A stretch of 64,000 nt of DNA from Thermoplasmata archaeon (GCA_020054495.1 JAHWGK010000002.1:16418-80417); one strand, 5' to 3'. Positions 39,110 through 49,469 are shown, counted from the first letter of the stretch. Translations and numbers: made by a program. Notes: a model not told the origin generated them from the letters alone.

Positions 39110-40171
39110 TCATTTCTTTTTAATTTTTACTAACCTTTTTCCAATTTCTTTAGCTTTTTTTAACTCATTTTGATCGGGAACATAGTTAATATTAATGCTA
39201 TCTAAAGGAAAATCCCAAGATACTTCCTTTAGAATTTTTTCTATTTCACTAACCGCCTGGCCGCCCCAACCATAGGATCCAAAAACTAAACCTATTCGAT
39301 TTTTAGGTTTAAGACCTTTGAGATATGTTAGGAAACCACCCATTGACGGAAGCATTGAATTATTAAACGTAGGAGATCCTATCAGTATATATTTCGAAGT
39401 AATTACATCTGTTATTACATCTGAAATATGGGATGTTTTTAGATCCCTAATAGCAACTGGAATACCTGCTTCTTCGATACCTTCTCGAAGTGAATAAGCT
39501 ATTTTTTCTGTTGAACCCCACATAGAATCGTAAACAATCAATGCTTTATTTTCAGTTTCATATCGGGCCCATTTCGTATATTCTTTGAGGATTTGTGGAA
39601 TCAATGAACGCCATATTATTCCATGGCTTGGTGCAATCATATCGATGTCAAGTCCAGAAATAGCTTCAAGAGCCTTTTCTACTTGACGACCATAAGGCAT
39701 TACGATATTTGCATAATACTTCGCCGCCTCCTCCTTCAAAATCCCCCATTCAATTTCATCATCAAAGCGCCCTGAACTTGCTATATGTTGTCCAAAAGCA
39801 TCATTTGGAAGAAGAAGTTTATCACTGGGAATGTATGTTACCATGGAATCTGGCCAATGAACCATTGGTATTTCAACAAAATGAAGTGTTCTTTTACCTA
39901 TATTGAGTGTATCACCAGATTTTACTACTTTAAAGTTCAAGTCTTTTTTGTAGTGTCTTTTAAGTCCTTTTTCTCCTCTTGTTGAAGTTATAACTGTTGC
40001 ATTTGGACAGAATTCAAGAATTTTTAGTATAGAACCAGAGTGATCCATTTCAACATGGTTTGATATAATATAATCTATCTTTGAAGGATCTGCGATTTCT
40101 TTAATTCTAGTAAGCATTTCATCAAAAAGATAGTGTTTTACTGTATCTACTAATGTTATTTTTTTATCCAT
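39110..40171 (-). CDS. fprA: flavodiiron protein (FprA-type; MBL-like diiron domain + flavodoxin domain)
   Basis: NHVEMDHSG diiron motif, flavodoxin domain (IVYDSMWGSTEKIA). The conserved FDP N-terminus continues in frame upstream to 40288 without ATG/GTG/TTG (see findings). Confidence 0.8.
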   Translation of the reverse strand: MDKKITLVDTVKHYLFDEMLTRIKEIADPSKIDYIISNHVEMDHSGSILKILEFCPNATVITSTRGEKGLKRHYKKDLNFKVVKSGDTLNIGKRTLHFVEIPMVHWPDSMVTYIPSDKLLLPNDAFGQHIASSGRFDDEIEWGILKEEAAKYYANIVMPYGRQVEKALEAISGLDIDMIAPSHGIIWRSLIPQILKEYTKWARYETENKALIVYDSMWGSTEKIAYSLREGIEEAGIPVAIRDLKTSHISDVITDVITSKYILIGSPTFNNSMLPSMGGFLTYLKGLKPKNRIGLVFGSYGWGGQAVSEIEKILKEVSWDFPLDSININYVPDQNELKKAKEIGKRLVKIKKK

Positions 40172-40293
40172 AATTAGGTAAGCATTATACGTTGTACCAC
40201 GGTTTGTTGAGTATCCATGGAAATTACGAATATTCCAGTCAATACCACCGACCCAATAAATATCCTGCTTTATGTCAACCTTATTCAGCTAAA

Positions 40294-40989
40294 TCACTCC
40301 TTTTCAAAATCTTCTTTTCTAGCTCCACAGACCGGACAAACCCAGTCCTCAGGAACATCTTCAAATTTTGTCCCAGGTGCTACTCCATTATCTGGGTCTC
40401 CTTTTTCAGGCTCATATACATAACCACACACTTTGCAAACATATTTGTCCATTTTCTTTTCCTCCTTTTTTCTTGCTCTATCTACTTCGCCACTATAAGT
40501 TGGGGCTGTTTTTGGTGAATATCCTCCTTTTACTTTATGATAAAACTCATAAGTCATTGGTTTTTCTTCAGAAAGTACTTCTGCATCCTCTACATTACCA
40601 ATAAAAATCGTATGTGTGCCAACATCGATTTTATCTATTAATTTCGTTTCTAAGCATGCAAGAGCATAATCTAAAACAAGTGGTACTTTGCTGTTCCCTA
40701 GCTTAAATTCAACGTCCTTAAATTTATCAATATCTCTTCCAGATTTAAACCCAAAATTTCCAATGAAAGTTAATGGTGCTTTTTCTGAAAGAATTGACAC
40801 TGTGAAGCATTTACTTTTTTCTATGTATTCATGTGTTAAATTCTGTTTATTAATACTAACTGCAATTGTCGGTGGTTCAGATGTAATTTGAAATAAAGCA
40901 TTTGCAATCTGCCCATTTATTTTTTCACCTTCTTTTGAACAGACGATGTATAAACCATATGATATTTTATGTAATGTTTTAGGATCCAT
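40294..40989 (-). CDS. hrb: high-molecular-weight rubredoxin (flavin reductase domain + C-terminal rubredoxin), Hrb-like
   Basis: 231 aa. Flavin reductase-like split-barrel N-domain. C-terminal CKVCGY...CPVCGA. Classic partner of FprA. Confidence 0.8.
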   Translation of the reverse strand: MDPKTLHKISYGLYIVCSKEGEKINGQIANALFQITSEPPTIAVSINKQNLTHEYIEKSKCFTVSILSEKAPLTFIGNFGFKSGRDIDKFKDVEFKLGNSKVPLVLDYALACLETKLIDKIDVGTHTIFIGNVEDAEVLSEEKPMTYEFYHKVKGGYSPKTAPTYSGEVDRARKKEEKKMDKYVCKVCGYVYEPEKGDPDNGVAPGTKFEDVPEDWVCPVCGARKEDFEKE

Positions 40990-41413
40990 CCTTGATTTTC
41001 TCCTTGTTCATACATTTTTTACAGATGCCCTTGAAGTATCCGTGCACCTCCTCAACATTATGTCCACATTCCAACATTTTACCTAAATTAGGGCATACAA
41101 CATCTATATCAATAATCCTCCCACATTTTTTACAGAGAAAATGATGATGCATTTCATGTCTAAAATCATATCTATGCTCTAAACCAGATATTGTAATAGA
41201 CTGGATTATACCATGTTTTTCTAGAATTTCTAATGAATTATATACAGTAGTTTTTGATAAAGAAGGATTATTTATTTTTAAATCTTGATATATTTTATCT
41301 GTGGCGGGATGGGTGGAATGTTCATTTAAATATTTTAATATAATTAATCTTTGCGGTGTAACTTTTAGATTCTTTTCTCTTAACATTTTCACATATTTTT
41401 CCAAATAATCCAC
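40979..41413 (-). CDS. Fur family transcriptional regulator (PerR-like)
   Basis: 144 aa. Fur DNA-binding helix ([13 protein letters not shown]), metal sites HEMHHHF, CKKCG...C..C. GTG start. Confidence 0.85.
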   Translation of the reverse strand: MDYLEKYVKMLREKNLKVTPQRLIILKYLNEHSTHPATDKIYQDLKINNPSLSKTTVYNSLEILEKHGIIQSITISGLEHRYDFRHEMHHHFLCKKCGRIIDIDVVCPNLGKMLECGHNVEEVHGYFKGICKKCMNKEKIKDGS

Positions 41414-41421
41414 CTACAATG

Positions 41422-41451
41422 TGTAATAATTACTAATTTGTAATAATTACA
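41422..41451. promoter_or_regulatory. tandem 13-bp palindromes TGTAATAATTACt / TGTAATAATTACA, candidate Fur/PerR operator
   Basis: A perfect A/T-rich palindrome and a near-copy 17 nt apart. They lie 9-40 nt upstream of the Fur-family gene start, between it and a TATA-like TATATATTTAAAG. Confidence 0.35.
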
Positions 41452-41520
41452 ATTTGACATGGAATGCAAATTATATATTTAAAGCTTTCTACCAGCAGTA
41501 TATTAAATCTTAAAAAAAAT

Positions 41521-41730
41521 TTAGCAGGAACTGTGCTCAATAGCTTCATTTGGACATGAACTAACACATGCACAACATTCAATACATTCCCCAAGGTTTT
41601 TACAAACTGCTTTTCCATCCTCAAGTTCAAATATTTCCACTGGACAAGCAGTTACACAGTCTCCAGCACCTGTACATTTCTCATAATCTATAATTATCTT
41701 TATGTCTCCTTCCTTAAATTCTTTTTTCAT
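41521..41730 (-). CDS. 2x[4Fe-4S] ferredoxin
   Basis: 69 aa. CTGAGDCVTACP and CIECCACVSSCP. Confidence 0.8.
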   Translation of the reverse strand: MKKEFKEGDIKIIIDYEKCTGAGDCVTACPVEIFELEDGKAVCKNLGECIECCACVSSCPNEAIEHSSC

Positions 41731-41871
41731 ATATTACTAACCACCCACTAAAGCGAAATATTGTAATTAAATAGGACTATTTTAGTATTTCTTTTAATAA
41801 TTATTATTATCTTTTTTCGAAGCTTTTTTGAATAAACAGGCGTTTCATAAAAAGTTAGGGGATTTTATAAG

Positions 41872-43815
41872 ATGAGTGAGATTGTATGGAGGCCCTCTGA
41901 GGATTATATTGAAAAAGCAAACATAACAAGATTTATGAAAAAACATGATATCAAAGATTATGATGAGTTAATAAAAAGATCAACTGAAGATCTTGAATGG
42001 TTTTGGAATGAAGTTATCAAAGACTTAAATATAGAATGGTACAGACCATATGATAAAGTATTTGATGATTCTAAAGGAATTCAATGGACAAAATGGTTTA
42101 TTGGCGGTAGAATAAATATAGTGCACAATTGTCTTGATAGACATGCAAAATCTGACAAGAAAAACAATATTGCAATTATCTGGGAAGATGAAAACGGAAA
42201 TGTAAGAAAATTAACTTATGTAGAACTTTTTCGAGAAGTTAATAAATTTGCAAATGCATTAAAAGAATTAGGAGTAAAAAAAGGGGACAGAATTGGCATT
42301 TATATGCCAATGGTACCTGAAATTGTAGTCGGTTTTTTGGCAGGGATAAAAATTGGTGCCATAAGTATTCCGATATTTTCTGGTTTTGGAGGACATGCTC
42401 TTGCTTCACGTTTAGATATCGCCGGAGCTAAGATTCTACTTACCGCAGATGGATCTGTCAGAAGAGGTAAGACAGTAGAAATCAAGAAAGAAGCAGATAA
42501 AGCGCTTGATAACGTATCAACTTTGGAACATGTTATAGTCTATAAACGACTTGGGATAGAAATCCCATGGAAAGATAGTAGAGACATATGGTGGGAGGAT
42601 ATTGCCTCTAAAAAATCAGATGAATGCAATACAGAACAAATGAATTCTGAGGATTATGCGATGATAATTTTTTCATCTGGCACAACAGGCAAACCCAAGG
42701 GTACTGTTCACACCCATGGAGGAGCACTTGTCCAGATAGCTAAAGAACTTGGTTACTATTTTGATGTTAAGGACGACGATGTGTTTTTTTGGCTCACCGA
42801 TATCGGTTGGATGATGGGGCCTTGGATGATTATAGGTGTTCAGAATTTTGGTGGAGCCATTGTTATTTTTGAGGGCGCTCCAAACTACCCTAATCCTGAC
42901 AGATTGTGGGAGCTAGTCGAGAGACATAAAATTACTTCATTTGGTATTTCACCGACGGCCATTCGTTTGCTGATGCGATATGGTGACAAATGGGTTAAAA
43001 AACATGATCTTAGTTCGTTGAGATTTTTAGGTTCCACTGGTGAACCCTGGGATCCTGATTCATGGAATTGGTTCTTTGAAAAAGTTGGCAACAAAAAAAT
43101 TCCGATTATAAATATCTCAGGGGGAACAGAAATCGTTGGGTGCTTCTTATCACCACTTCCAATAACAGCTCTTAAGCCTTGTACACTTCGTGGACCCGGC
43201 TTAGGTATGGACATTGATGTTTTTGATGATGATGGAAAACCAATTCGAGGAAAGATGGGGCATCTTGTTGCAAAGAAGCCTGCACCATCAATGACACGTG
43301 GGTTTTGGAATGAGCCTGAAAGATATATTGATACTTATTGGTCTAGATGGCCAAACGTTTGGTATCATGGCGATTGGGCCAAGGTGGATAAAGACGGTTT
43401 TTGGTCTCTACACGGCAGAAGTGACGATACAATAAAAATAGCAGGAAGGCGTACTGGACCTGCTGAAATCGAAGCTGCACTCATTGAACATCCAGCAGTA
43501 TCAGAGGCTGCAACAATTGGTGTACCAGATGAGATAAAAGGGGAAGATATTGTCTGCTTCGTTATGTTAAAACCTGATTATGAGCCTAGCGAAGAGATAA
43601 GAGAAGAACTCAAAGATCAAGTTGTAAAAATAATGGGAAAAACATTAAAACCACGTGATATCAAATTCGTAGGAGATTTGCCAAAAACTAGATCCGCAAA
43701 GATTGTAAGAAGGATTATTAAGGCAGCATTTCTTGGGAGAGAGGTTAGCGATATTTCCTCAGTAGAAAATCCCAATGCAATTGAAGAAATAAAAAAATGC
43801 CATTTGAGTAATTAA
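41872..43815 (+). CDS. acs: acetyl-CoA synthetase (AMP-forming)
   Basis: 647 aa. AMP-binding motif SSGTTGKPKG. Acs-type N-terminus and C-terminal acetylatable Lys region (PKTRSAKIVRR). Confidence 0.9.
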   Translation: MSEIVWRPSEDYIEKANITRFMKKHDIKDYDELIKRSTEDLEWFWNEVIKDLNIEWYRPYDKVFDDSKGIQWTKWFIGGRINIVHNCLDRHAKSDKKNNIAIIWEDENGNVRKLTYVELFREVNKFANALKELGVKKGDRIGIYMPMVPEIVVGFLAGIKIGAISIPIFSGFGGHALASRLDIAGAKILLTADGSVRRGKTVEIKKEADKALDNVSTLEHVIVYKRLGIEIPWKDSRDIWWEDIASKKSDECNTEQMNSEDYAMIIFSSGTTGKPKGTVHTHGGALVQIAKELGYYFDVKDDDVFFWLTDIGWMMGPWMIIGVQNFGGAIVIFEGAPNYPNPDRLWELVERHKITSFGISPTAIRLLMRYGDKWVKKHDLSSLRFLGSTGEPWDPDSWNWFFEKVGNKKIPIINISGGTEIVGCFLSPLPITALKPCTLRGPGLGMDIDVFDDDGKPIRGKMGHLVAKKPAPSMTRGFWNEPERYIDTYWSRWPNVWYHGDWAKVDKDGFWSLHGRSDDTIKIAGRRTGPAEIEAALIEHPAVSEAATIGVPDEIKGEDIVCFVMLKPDYEPSEEIREELKDQVVKIMGKTLKPRDIKFVGDLPKTRSAKIVRRIIKAAFLGREVSDISSVENPNAIEEIKKCHLSN

Positions 43816-43927
43816 GGAGCAATACGTCAATAAACGATAACATTTTTCAACTCGTTTACTATTGCATAATCAAGTGAGGCGGATAGAAAAAAATATTTTT
43901 TCGTCTCATGTCGAAGGATGGTTAGGC

Positions 43928-45178
43928 ATGACAAAAAAAGTTTGTGTAATAGGAGGAGCCACGACACCATTTGATTATGGTCCAACTGGTTTTGAAAGTA
44001 TAGAGGGCGGGGCAGCAGAATGTATAAGGGAGACTAGAGAAGATATTCCAGATTTTTCTATGAGAGATATTGACTTGATGATTTATTCTCATTTTTCCGT
44101 TCATTTTGGACATCAACTCTGCTCTGAATGGATTATCCATGATCATCTAGGTCTTGTTGGAGTTCCACAGTATCGTATCGAAAACGGAGGTAATACCGGT
44201 GGATCGGCATTGTATGCAGCAGCTCTTGCGGTTATGTCTGGTCATCATGATGTCGTTGGTGTTTGCGGATGGGAGACTATGGATTCCGTGTCACAATCTC
44301 AAGGTAGTGAGTTCATTGCACTTGCATCTGATATTAGATATGAACTCCTAGTTGGAGGAATTTATCCAATTTACTATGCTGCAATGGCCAACAAATGGAT
44401 GAAAGATAATAAAGTGACTGAAGCAGATGTTGCAACAATTGGTGCAAAAAACAGAAATAACGCTATGGATAATGCTAAGGCTCAATGGTATAGAAATGAA
44501 CATAAATATATTACTGTGGATGATGTGATGAATTCTCGCCTTATATCATATCCAATTAAGAAGTATGATTGCTGCCTAATGTCACGTGGAGTTGCTTTTC
44601 TTCTTATTTGTTCAGAGGAGTATGCCAAAAAGGTTAATCCTGACGGATATGTCACAATTGATGGTATTGGACTTTCTAGTTGCACTATTCGTGCTGGGGA
44701 TAGATTGAATTTTCCAGGTTGGACAGAACGTTATGGTAAAAACTATCCAGGGATGACTGAATTTGGTGCATGTCGGAGTTCCGCAGATCAAGCGTATAAA
44801 ATGGCAGGAATTGAAAATCCATTAAAAGATATAGATTTTGGTGAGATTCATGATGCATTTTCCACATCAGAGGCGCAGATCTATAAAGCATTGTATCTCG
44901 CTGATGAAAATAACATTGCTCAGTTTCTTCGTGATGAAAGTACACACATGCATGGACAAATACCTATGAATCCCGGTGGGGGATTAATGGGCTATGGCCA
45001 TCCTGTCGGTGCAACTGGTCTTATGAGTGCGATTGAATGTTTCTACCAATTATCAGATTTAATTCCAAAGAAACACCTTAGTAAAAAAACTGAGGTGCCT
45101 GATGCCGAATGTGGTATAGTTAATAGTCACGCTGGAACTGGGACAAGTATTTCTAACTTTATCATGCGGAGGAGTTAA
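43928..45178 (+). CDS. thiolase (archaeal acetyl-CoA C-acetyltransferase type)
   Basis: Start at MTKKVCVIGGATTPF. Thiolase catalytic Cys/His regions. Followed by a DUF35 partner gene, as in archaea. Confidence 0.8.
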   Translation: MTKKVCVIGGATTPFDYGPTGFESIEGGAAECIRETREDIPDFSMRDIDLMIYSHFSVHFGHQLCSEWIIHDHLGLVGVPQYRIENGGNTGGSALYAAALAVMSGHHDVVGVCGWETMDSVSQSQGSEFIALASDIRYELLVGGIYPIYYAAMANKWMKDNKVTEADVATIGAKNRNNAMDNAKAQWYRNEHKYITVDDVMNSRLISYPIKKYDCCLMSRGVAFLLICSEEYAKKVNPDGYVTIDGIGLSSCTIRAGDRLNFPGWTERYGKNYPGMTEFGACRSSADQAYKMAGIENPLKDIDFGEIHDAFSTSEAQIYKALYLADENNIAQFLRDESTHMHGQIPMNPGGGLMGYGHPVGATGLMSAIECFYQLSDLIPKKHLSKKTEVPDAECGIVNSHAGTGTSISNFIMRRS

Positions 45179-45180
45179 TA

Positions 45181-45846
45181 ATGGGCGAGGTGACAATTAT
45201 GAAAAAAAGGAAAAAATTTGCTGAAGAACCGAATTTCACAGAAAAAAAATCTTATAGACCTGAGGGTGTAAAAGAAACAGGCCTTGCTTTTATCGGCCAT
45301 GAAATATCTGAAGATGGAAATGTAATGAATCAATTCCTACATTACGATCAACTATATACTATCAGACATGGGGAGAATAGCAAATTCTTCAAAGGACTTC
45401 TTGAAGGAAAGATTCTGGGTACAAGATGCCCCAAATGCGGTGATATCTGGGTACCTGTCCGTACTCATTGTTGGAATCTCAACTGCAATCTTGAAAAAAC
45501 CGAGTGGTTAGAAATGCCACTAACAGCCAAAGTACATACATGGACTATTGCAGGATGGAGCGGTAGATCATCACTCAAACGATTGCCTATTGTACTCGTC
45601 TATGCAGTCATAGGTAATAGCAATGTAGCTATTGCAAATGAGCTTCATGATATTGAACCTTGGAATGTTGAATTTGGTATGCCTCTAAAGATCGTATTTA
45701 AACCAGAAGAGGAGAGAATCGGTGCTGTCACTGATTTTCACTTTAAACCTGCTGATGGTTGGGAACCATCACCTTGGAATAAAGAAAAGGAACGCATCCA
45801 AAAACTTGTTGAACCTGTTTATGAATGGGTTAAAACATTAAAATAA
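45181..45846 (+). CDS. DUF35 OB-fold/zinc-ribbon protein (thiolase-associated)
   Basis: 221 aa. Rubredoxin-like zinc ribbon CPKCGDIWVPVRTHC..C followed by OB fold. Start overlaps the thiolase stop. Confidence 0.65.
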   Translation: MGEVTIMKKRKKFAEEPNFTEKKSYRPEGVKETGLAFIGHEISEDGNVMNQFLHYDQLYTIRHGENSKFFKGLLEGKILGTRCPKCGDIWVPVRTHCWNLNCNLEKTEWLEMPLTAKVHTWTIAGWSGRSSLKRLPIVLVYAVIGNSNVAIANELHDIEPWNVEFGMPLKIVFKPEEERIGAVTDFHFKPADGWEPSPWNKEKERIQKLVEPVYEWVKTLK

Positions 45847-45890
45847 AGTTGAATAAGGTTTAAACATACATCATTATTTACTTTGTTTAA

Positions 45891-46901
45891 ATGGATTATG
45901 TTTCAGGGGAAATTTTAACTGAGAATGGATTTAAAAGTGGTTACATCGCTTTTGAAAAAGGTAAAATTGCTCAAACTGGAAGTGGTAATTCTCCAAAAAA
46001 GCCAATTTATAAAGGATTAATTGTACCAACTTTTGTTAATGCTCACACTCACATTGGCGATTCTTTTATTAGAGAGAAAAATATTGATTTGCCTAAAAAC
46101 ATTGAAGAATTAGTAGCACCACCTAATGGTCTAAAACATAAGTTATTGCAAGAAGCATCTGATGAAAATATAATTGAAGGAATGGAAAAATCTATAAATA
46201 TTATGATAAAAAGTGGAACAAAATATTTTTATGATTTTAGAGAAAATGGAATTTTAGGAATTAGTCAACTGAAAGCTGCGTTACGTTTATTGAATATAAA
46301 TTCATTCATTCTTTCAAGACCTAACACTTTAAATTATAACAAAAATGAAGTCAATATTTTATTAAAAAATTCAGATGGTATCGCGATAAGCAGTATTTCT
46401 GATTGGGATTATTCAGAACTCCAAAAGATCGCAAGAGATGCAAGAGGAAAAAATAAGATATTTGCTCTTCATGCCAGTGAAAGAGTTAGAGAAAATATTG
46501 ATAATATTTTAGACTTGAAACCAAATTTTTTAGTTCATATGATTAAAGCATCAGAGTCAGATTTTATTAGAGCCAAGGAAAACAAGATTCCAATTATTAT
46601 CTGCCCGAGAGCTAACTCCTTTTATGGTTTAAAGCCAAATTTTAAATTATTAAAAAAAGTTGGAGTTAATCTATTATTTGGAACAGATAATGCAATGTTG
46701 AATTCACCAGTCATTTTAGATGAAATAAATTTTGTTAAATCAATATCAAAAGATTTTTCAACTTTTGAACTTTTATATATGATAACATTTGGGGCAAGGA
46801 AAGCTTTAAATCTAGATTGGGACATTCTTGGTCCCAATTCTAAGGCTGACTTTGCAGTATTGGAAAAAAAATCATTAAAGCCTTTATATATTTCAACTTG
46901 A
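45891..46901 (+). CDS. amidohydrolase-family metal-dependent hydrolase
   Basis: 336 aa. HxH motif FVNAHTHIGDS, downstream His/Asp ligands (LHASE, GTDN). Confidence 0.65.
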   Translation: MDYVSGEILTENGFKSGYIAFEKGKIAQTGSGNSPKKPIYKGLIVPTFVNAHTHIGDSFIREKNIDLPKNIEELVAPPNGLKHKLLQEASDENIIEGMEKSINIMIKSGTKYFYDFRENGILGISQLKAALRLLNINSFILSRPNTLNYNKNEVNILLKNSDGIAISSISDWDYSELQKIARDARGKNKIFALHASERVRENIDNILDLKPNFLVHMIKASESDFIRAKENKIPIIICPRANSFYGLKPNFKLLKKVGVNLLFGTDNAMLNSPVILDEINFVKSISKDFSTFELLYMITFGARKALNLDWDILGPNSKADFAVLEKKSLKPLYIST

Positions 46902-46913
46902 TAAATAAGAGGG

Positions 46914-47759
46914 ATGAATGTGAAAGTAGAAGAGGTGATGTCAGAGAATTTAATTATAGGATACGTCCCAGGTACAGTTAGAGACGCGTTAGCGATACTT
47001 GCAAAGAATAATGTTTCAGGTATGCCTATTTTAAAAAAAGATACAAAAGTGGTTGTAGGGATTTTAACTAGAACTGATATTTTCAGAAATCCTGAGGAAG
47101 ATCAAATAGCATTGATTATGAGTGAAGATTATCAGTATGTTGAAAAAGAAAAAGATGTTAAATATGCAGCTAAGCTATTGTATGAGCATAGAATACATGG
47201 TTTACCAGTAATTAATAACCGAAAAAATCTTATTGGCATCATAAGTCCAACAGACATATTACGCAGTGTACATAAGAATATAACTGAAAACATTGAAAAG
47301 CATTTCACTAATTTAGTTGTTCCAATTTATCAAGATACTCCAATCAATATTGTAATGGAAATTATCAGTGTTACACATGAACATGCACTTCCTGTTTTGA
47401 ATGACGAACGGAAGTTAATCGGGATTGTAACTGATGGAGATTTGTTTAAACTTACTCATATCCGCGAAAGCGTTTCTCAAACAAACCTTGGAATGGGTGG
47501 AGATGAGGACGCTTGGACTTGGGAAGGAATACGAGATACAGTAAGATTACATTATTCAACATCAGAAGTTTCCTTACCACAAGTTGCTGTTAAAGAGGTT
47601 ATGATTACTGATGTGAAAAAAGCATACACAAATACACCTGTAAATGATATTGCAGATATAATGCTTAATAACAATATTAGTCACATACCTGTTGTTGACT
47701 CTAATGATAGACTAATTGGCATGGCTACGGACATTGATTTAATGGCCTGCATGTTTTAA
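46914..47759 (+). CDS. CBS-domain protein (four CBS modules)
   Basis: 281 aa. Repeated CBS patterns (GMPIL, GLPVIN, LPVLN, IPVVD). Confidence 0.8.
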   Translation: MNVKVEEVMSENLIIGYVPGTVRDALAILAKNNVSGMPILKKDTKVVVGILTRTDIFRNPEEDQIALIMSEDYQYVEKEKDVKYAAKLLYEHRIHGLPVINNRKNLIGIISPTDILRSVHKNITENIEKHFTNLVVPIYQDTPINIVMEIISVTHEHALPVLNDERKLIGIVTDGDLFKLTHIRESVSQTNLGMGGDEDAWTWEGIRDTVRLHYSTSEVSLPQVAVKEVMITDVKKAYTNTPVNDIADIMLNNNISHIPVVDSNDRLIGMATDIDLMACMF

Positions 47760-47810
47760 ATCCTATAATCTTATTCTATTTTTAATTTCAAGATTTGGAG
47801 ACTTTCGTTT

Positions 47811-49460
47811 ATGCCTCAAGATATTTATGATAAAATCATGATGCTTGCAAAAAGAAGAGGTTTCATCTATCCCTCCTTTGAAATCTATGGCGGTGTTGCT
47901 GGTTTTTATGATTACGGCCCACTAGGATCTCAACTTAAACTGAATATCGAAAACCTTTGGCGTAAATTCTACCTGCTTAAAGACAACTGTATCGAAATTA
48001 TTACTCCAACTATAACATTACATGAAGTTTTGAAAGCTTCTGGGCATGTTGACGAGTTTACTGATTTTACTGTGGATTGTAAAAAATGTAAACAATCCTA
48101 TAAAGTTGAGGATGTTATAGATGATGATATCGGTATTGAAGCGGCGTTAAAGGAAAATAAAGTGAAATGCCCGAATTGTGGTACTAATCTAAAAGATGCT
48201 TATCCTGTTAATCTTATGTTTTCCACTAAAATTGGAATCGGAAGTGCCAGGGATGCTTTTCTTAGACCCGAGACCGCTCAGGGTATATTTACGGATTTTC
48301 ATCTTCTTTATAGATATGCCCGCGAGAAGTTACCCTTTGGAGTTGTACAGATTGGTGAAGGATATAGAAACGAGGTATCACCTCGCCAAGGTATCATTAG
48401 ACTCAGAGAATTTTCAATGGCCGAAGCAGAGATCTTTTTTGATCCGAAAGATAAAACACATCCTAATTTTGGAAGCATTAAGAATAAAGAACTATATCTT
48501 TTTGATAATGAAAAAGAAATTAAACTTTCAATTGAAAAAGCTGTCAAAACCAAGGTGATTAACAACCAGGCACTTGCATATTATATGTATCTCACACAGG
48601 ATTTTCTAATGACTGCAGGAATTGATCCTAAAAAATTTAGATTTAGGAAACATGCACCAGATGAACTAGCTCATTATGCCACAGAGTGCTGGGATGCAGA
48701 AATATTCAGTGAGAGATTTGGCTGGATAGAATGTGTTGGTATCGCAGATAGATCTGCATATGATTTACGTTCACATATCGATTCATCAGGAACAGATATG
48801 TATGCTTTAAGGAAATATGATAACCCAAAGACTGTTGAAGTAAAAAAGATCGTTCCAAATATGGGCAAATTAGGGCCACTTTTTAAAGGAGAAGTTGGAA
48901 TGATCAAAACATTACTTGAAAACATGGAAGTAAAAGATACAAAAAAGATTTCTGTTAACCTTGATGGTAAGACTATAAAGATACCTAATGAGTGCTATAA
49001 AATAACAGAAACTAAAGAAAAGGTAGCTGGTGAGAAGTTTGTACCTCATGTAATCGAACCATCTTATGGAATTGACAGAATTTTGTATTGTTTAATTGAG
49101 CATAACTATCATGAAGGTAAGAAAAAAGAAGAAGAATATAGAATGCTCAAATTTAATCCAATAATTGCTCCAATAAAAATTGGGGTTCTTCCGCTTATTA
49201 GTGACGAAAGACTTATTAAAATCGCAAATGAAATTGATAGAAATCTTAGAGATGCTGGTATAACAACATATTATGATGAAAGTGGGTCAATAGGTCGACG
49301 TTATGCCAGAATGGATGAAGTAGGAACGCCGTTTTGTATTACAATTGATCATGATACATTAAAGAATAATACTGTGACTATTAGGAATCGTGATACTACA
49401 AAGCAGATTAGAATAAAAATAGATGAAATTACGAGTTATCTAGCATCTAAAGTAAATTAG
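47811..49460 (+). CDS. glyS: glycine--tRNA ligase, archaeal/eukaryotic alpha2 type
   Basis: 549 aa. N-terminal MLAKRRGFIYPSFEIYGGVAGFYDYGPLG. Class II motifs. Internal zinc-finger insertion CKKC...CPNCG. Confidence 0.9.
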   Translation: MPQDIYDKIMMLAKRRGFIYPSFEIYGGVAGFYDYGPLGSQLKLNIENLWRKFYLLKDNCIEIITPTITLHEVLKASGHVDEFTDFTVDCKKCKQSYKVEDVIDDDIGIEAALKENKVKCPNCGTNLKDAYPVNLMFSTKIGIGSARDAFLRPETAQGIFTDFHLLYRYAREKLPFGVVQIGEGYRNEVSPRQGIIRLREFSMAEAEIFFDPKDKTHPNFGSIKNKELYLFDNEKEIKLSIEKAVKTKVINNQALAYYMYLTQDFLMTAGIDPKKFRFRKHAPDELAHYATECWDAEIFSERFGWIECVGIADRSAYDLRSHIDSSGTDMYALRKYDNPKTVEVKKIVPNMGKLGPLFKGEVGMIKTLLENMEVKDTKKISVNLDGKTIKIPNECYKITETKEKVAGEKFVPHVIEPSYGIDRILYCLIEHNYHEGKKKEEEYRMLKFNPIIAPIKIGVLPLISDERLIKIANEIDRNLRDAGITTYYDESGSIGRRYARMDEVGTPFCITIDHDTLKNNTVTIRNRDTTKQIRIKIDEITSYLASKVN

Positions 49461-49469
49461 AATTGCCTA

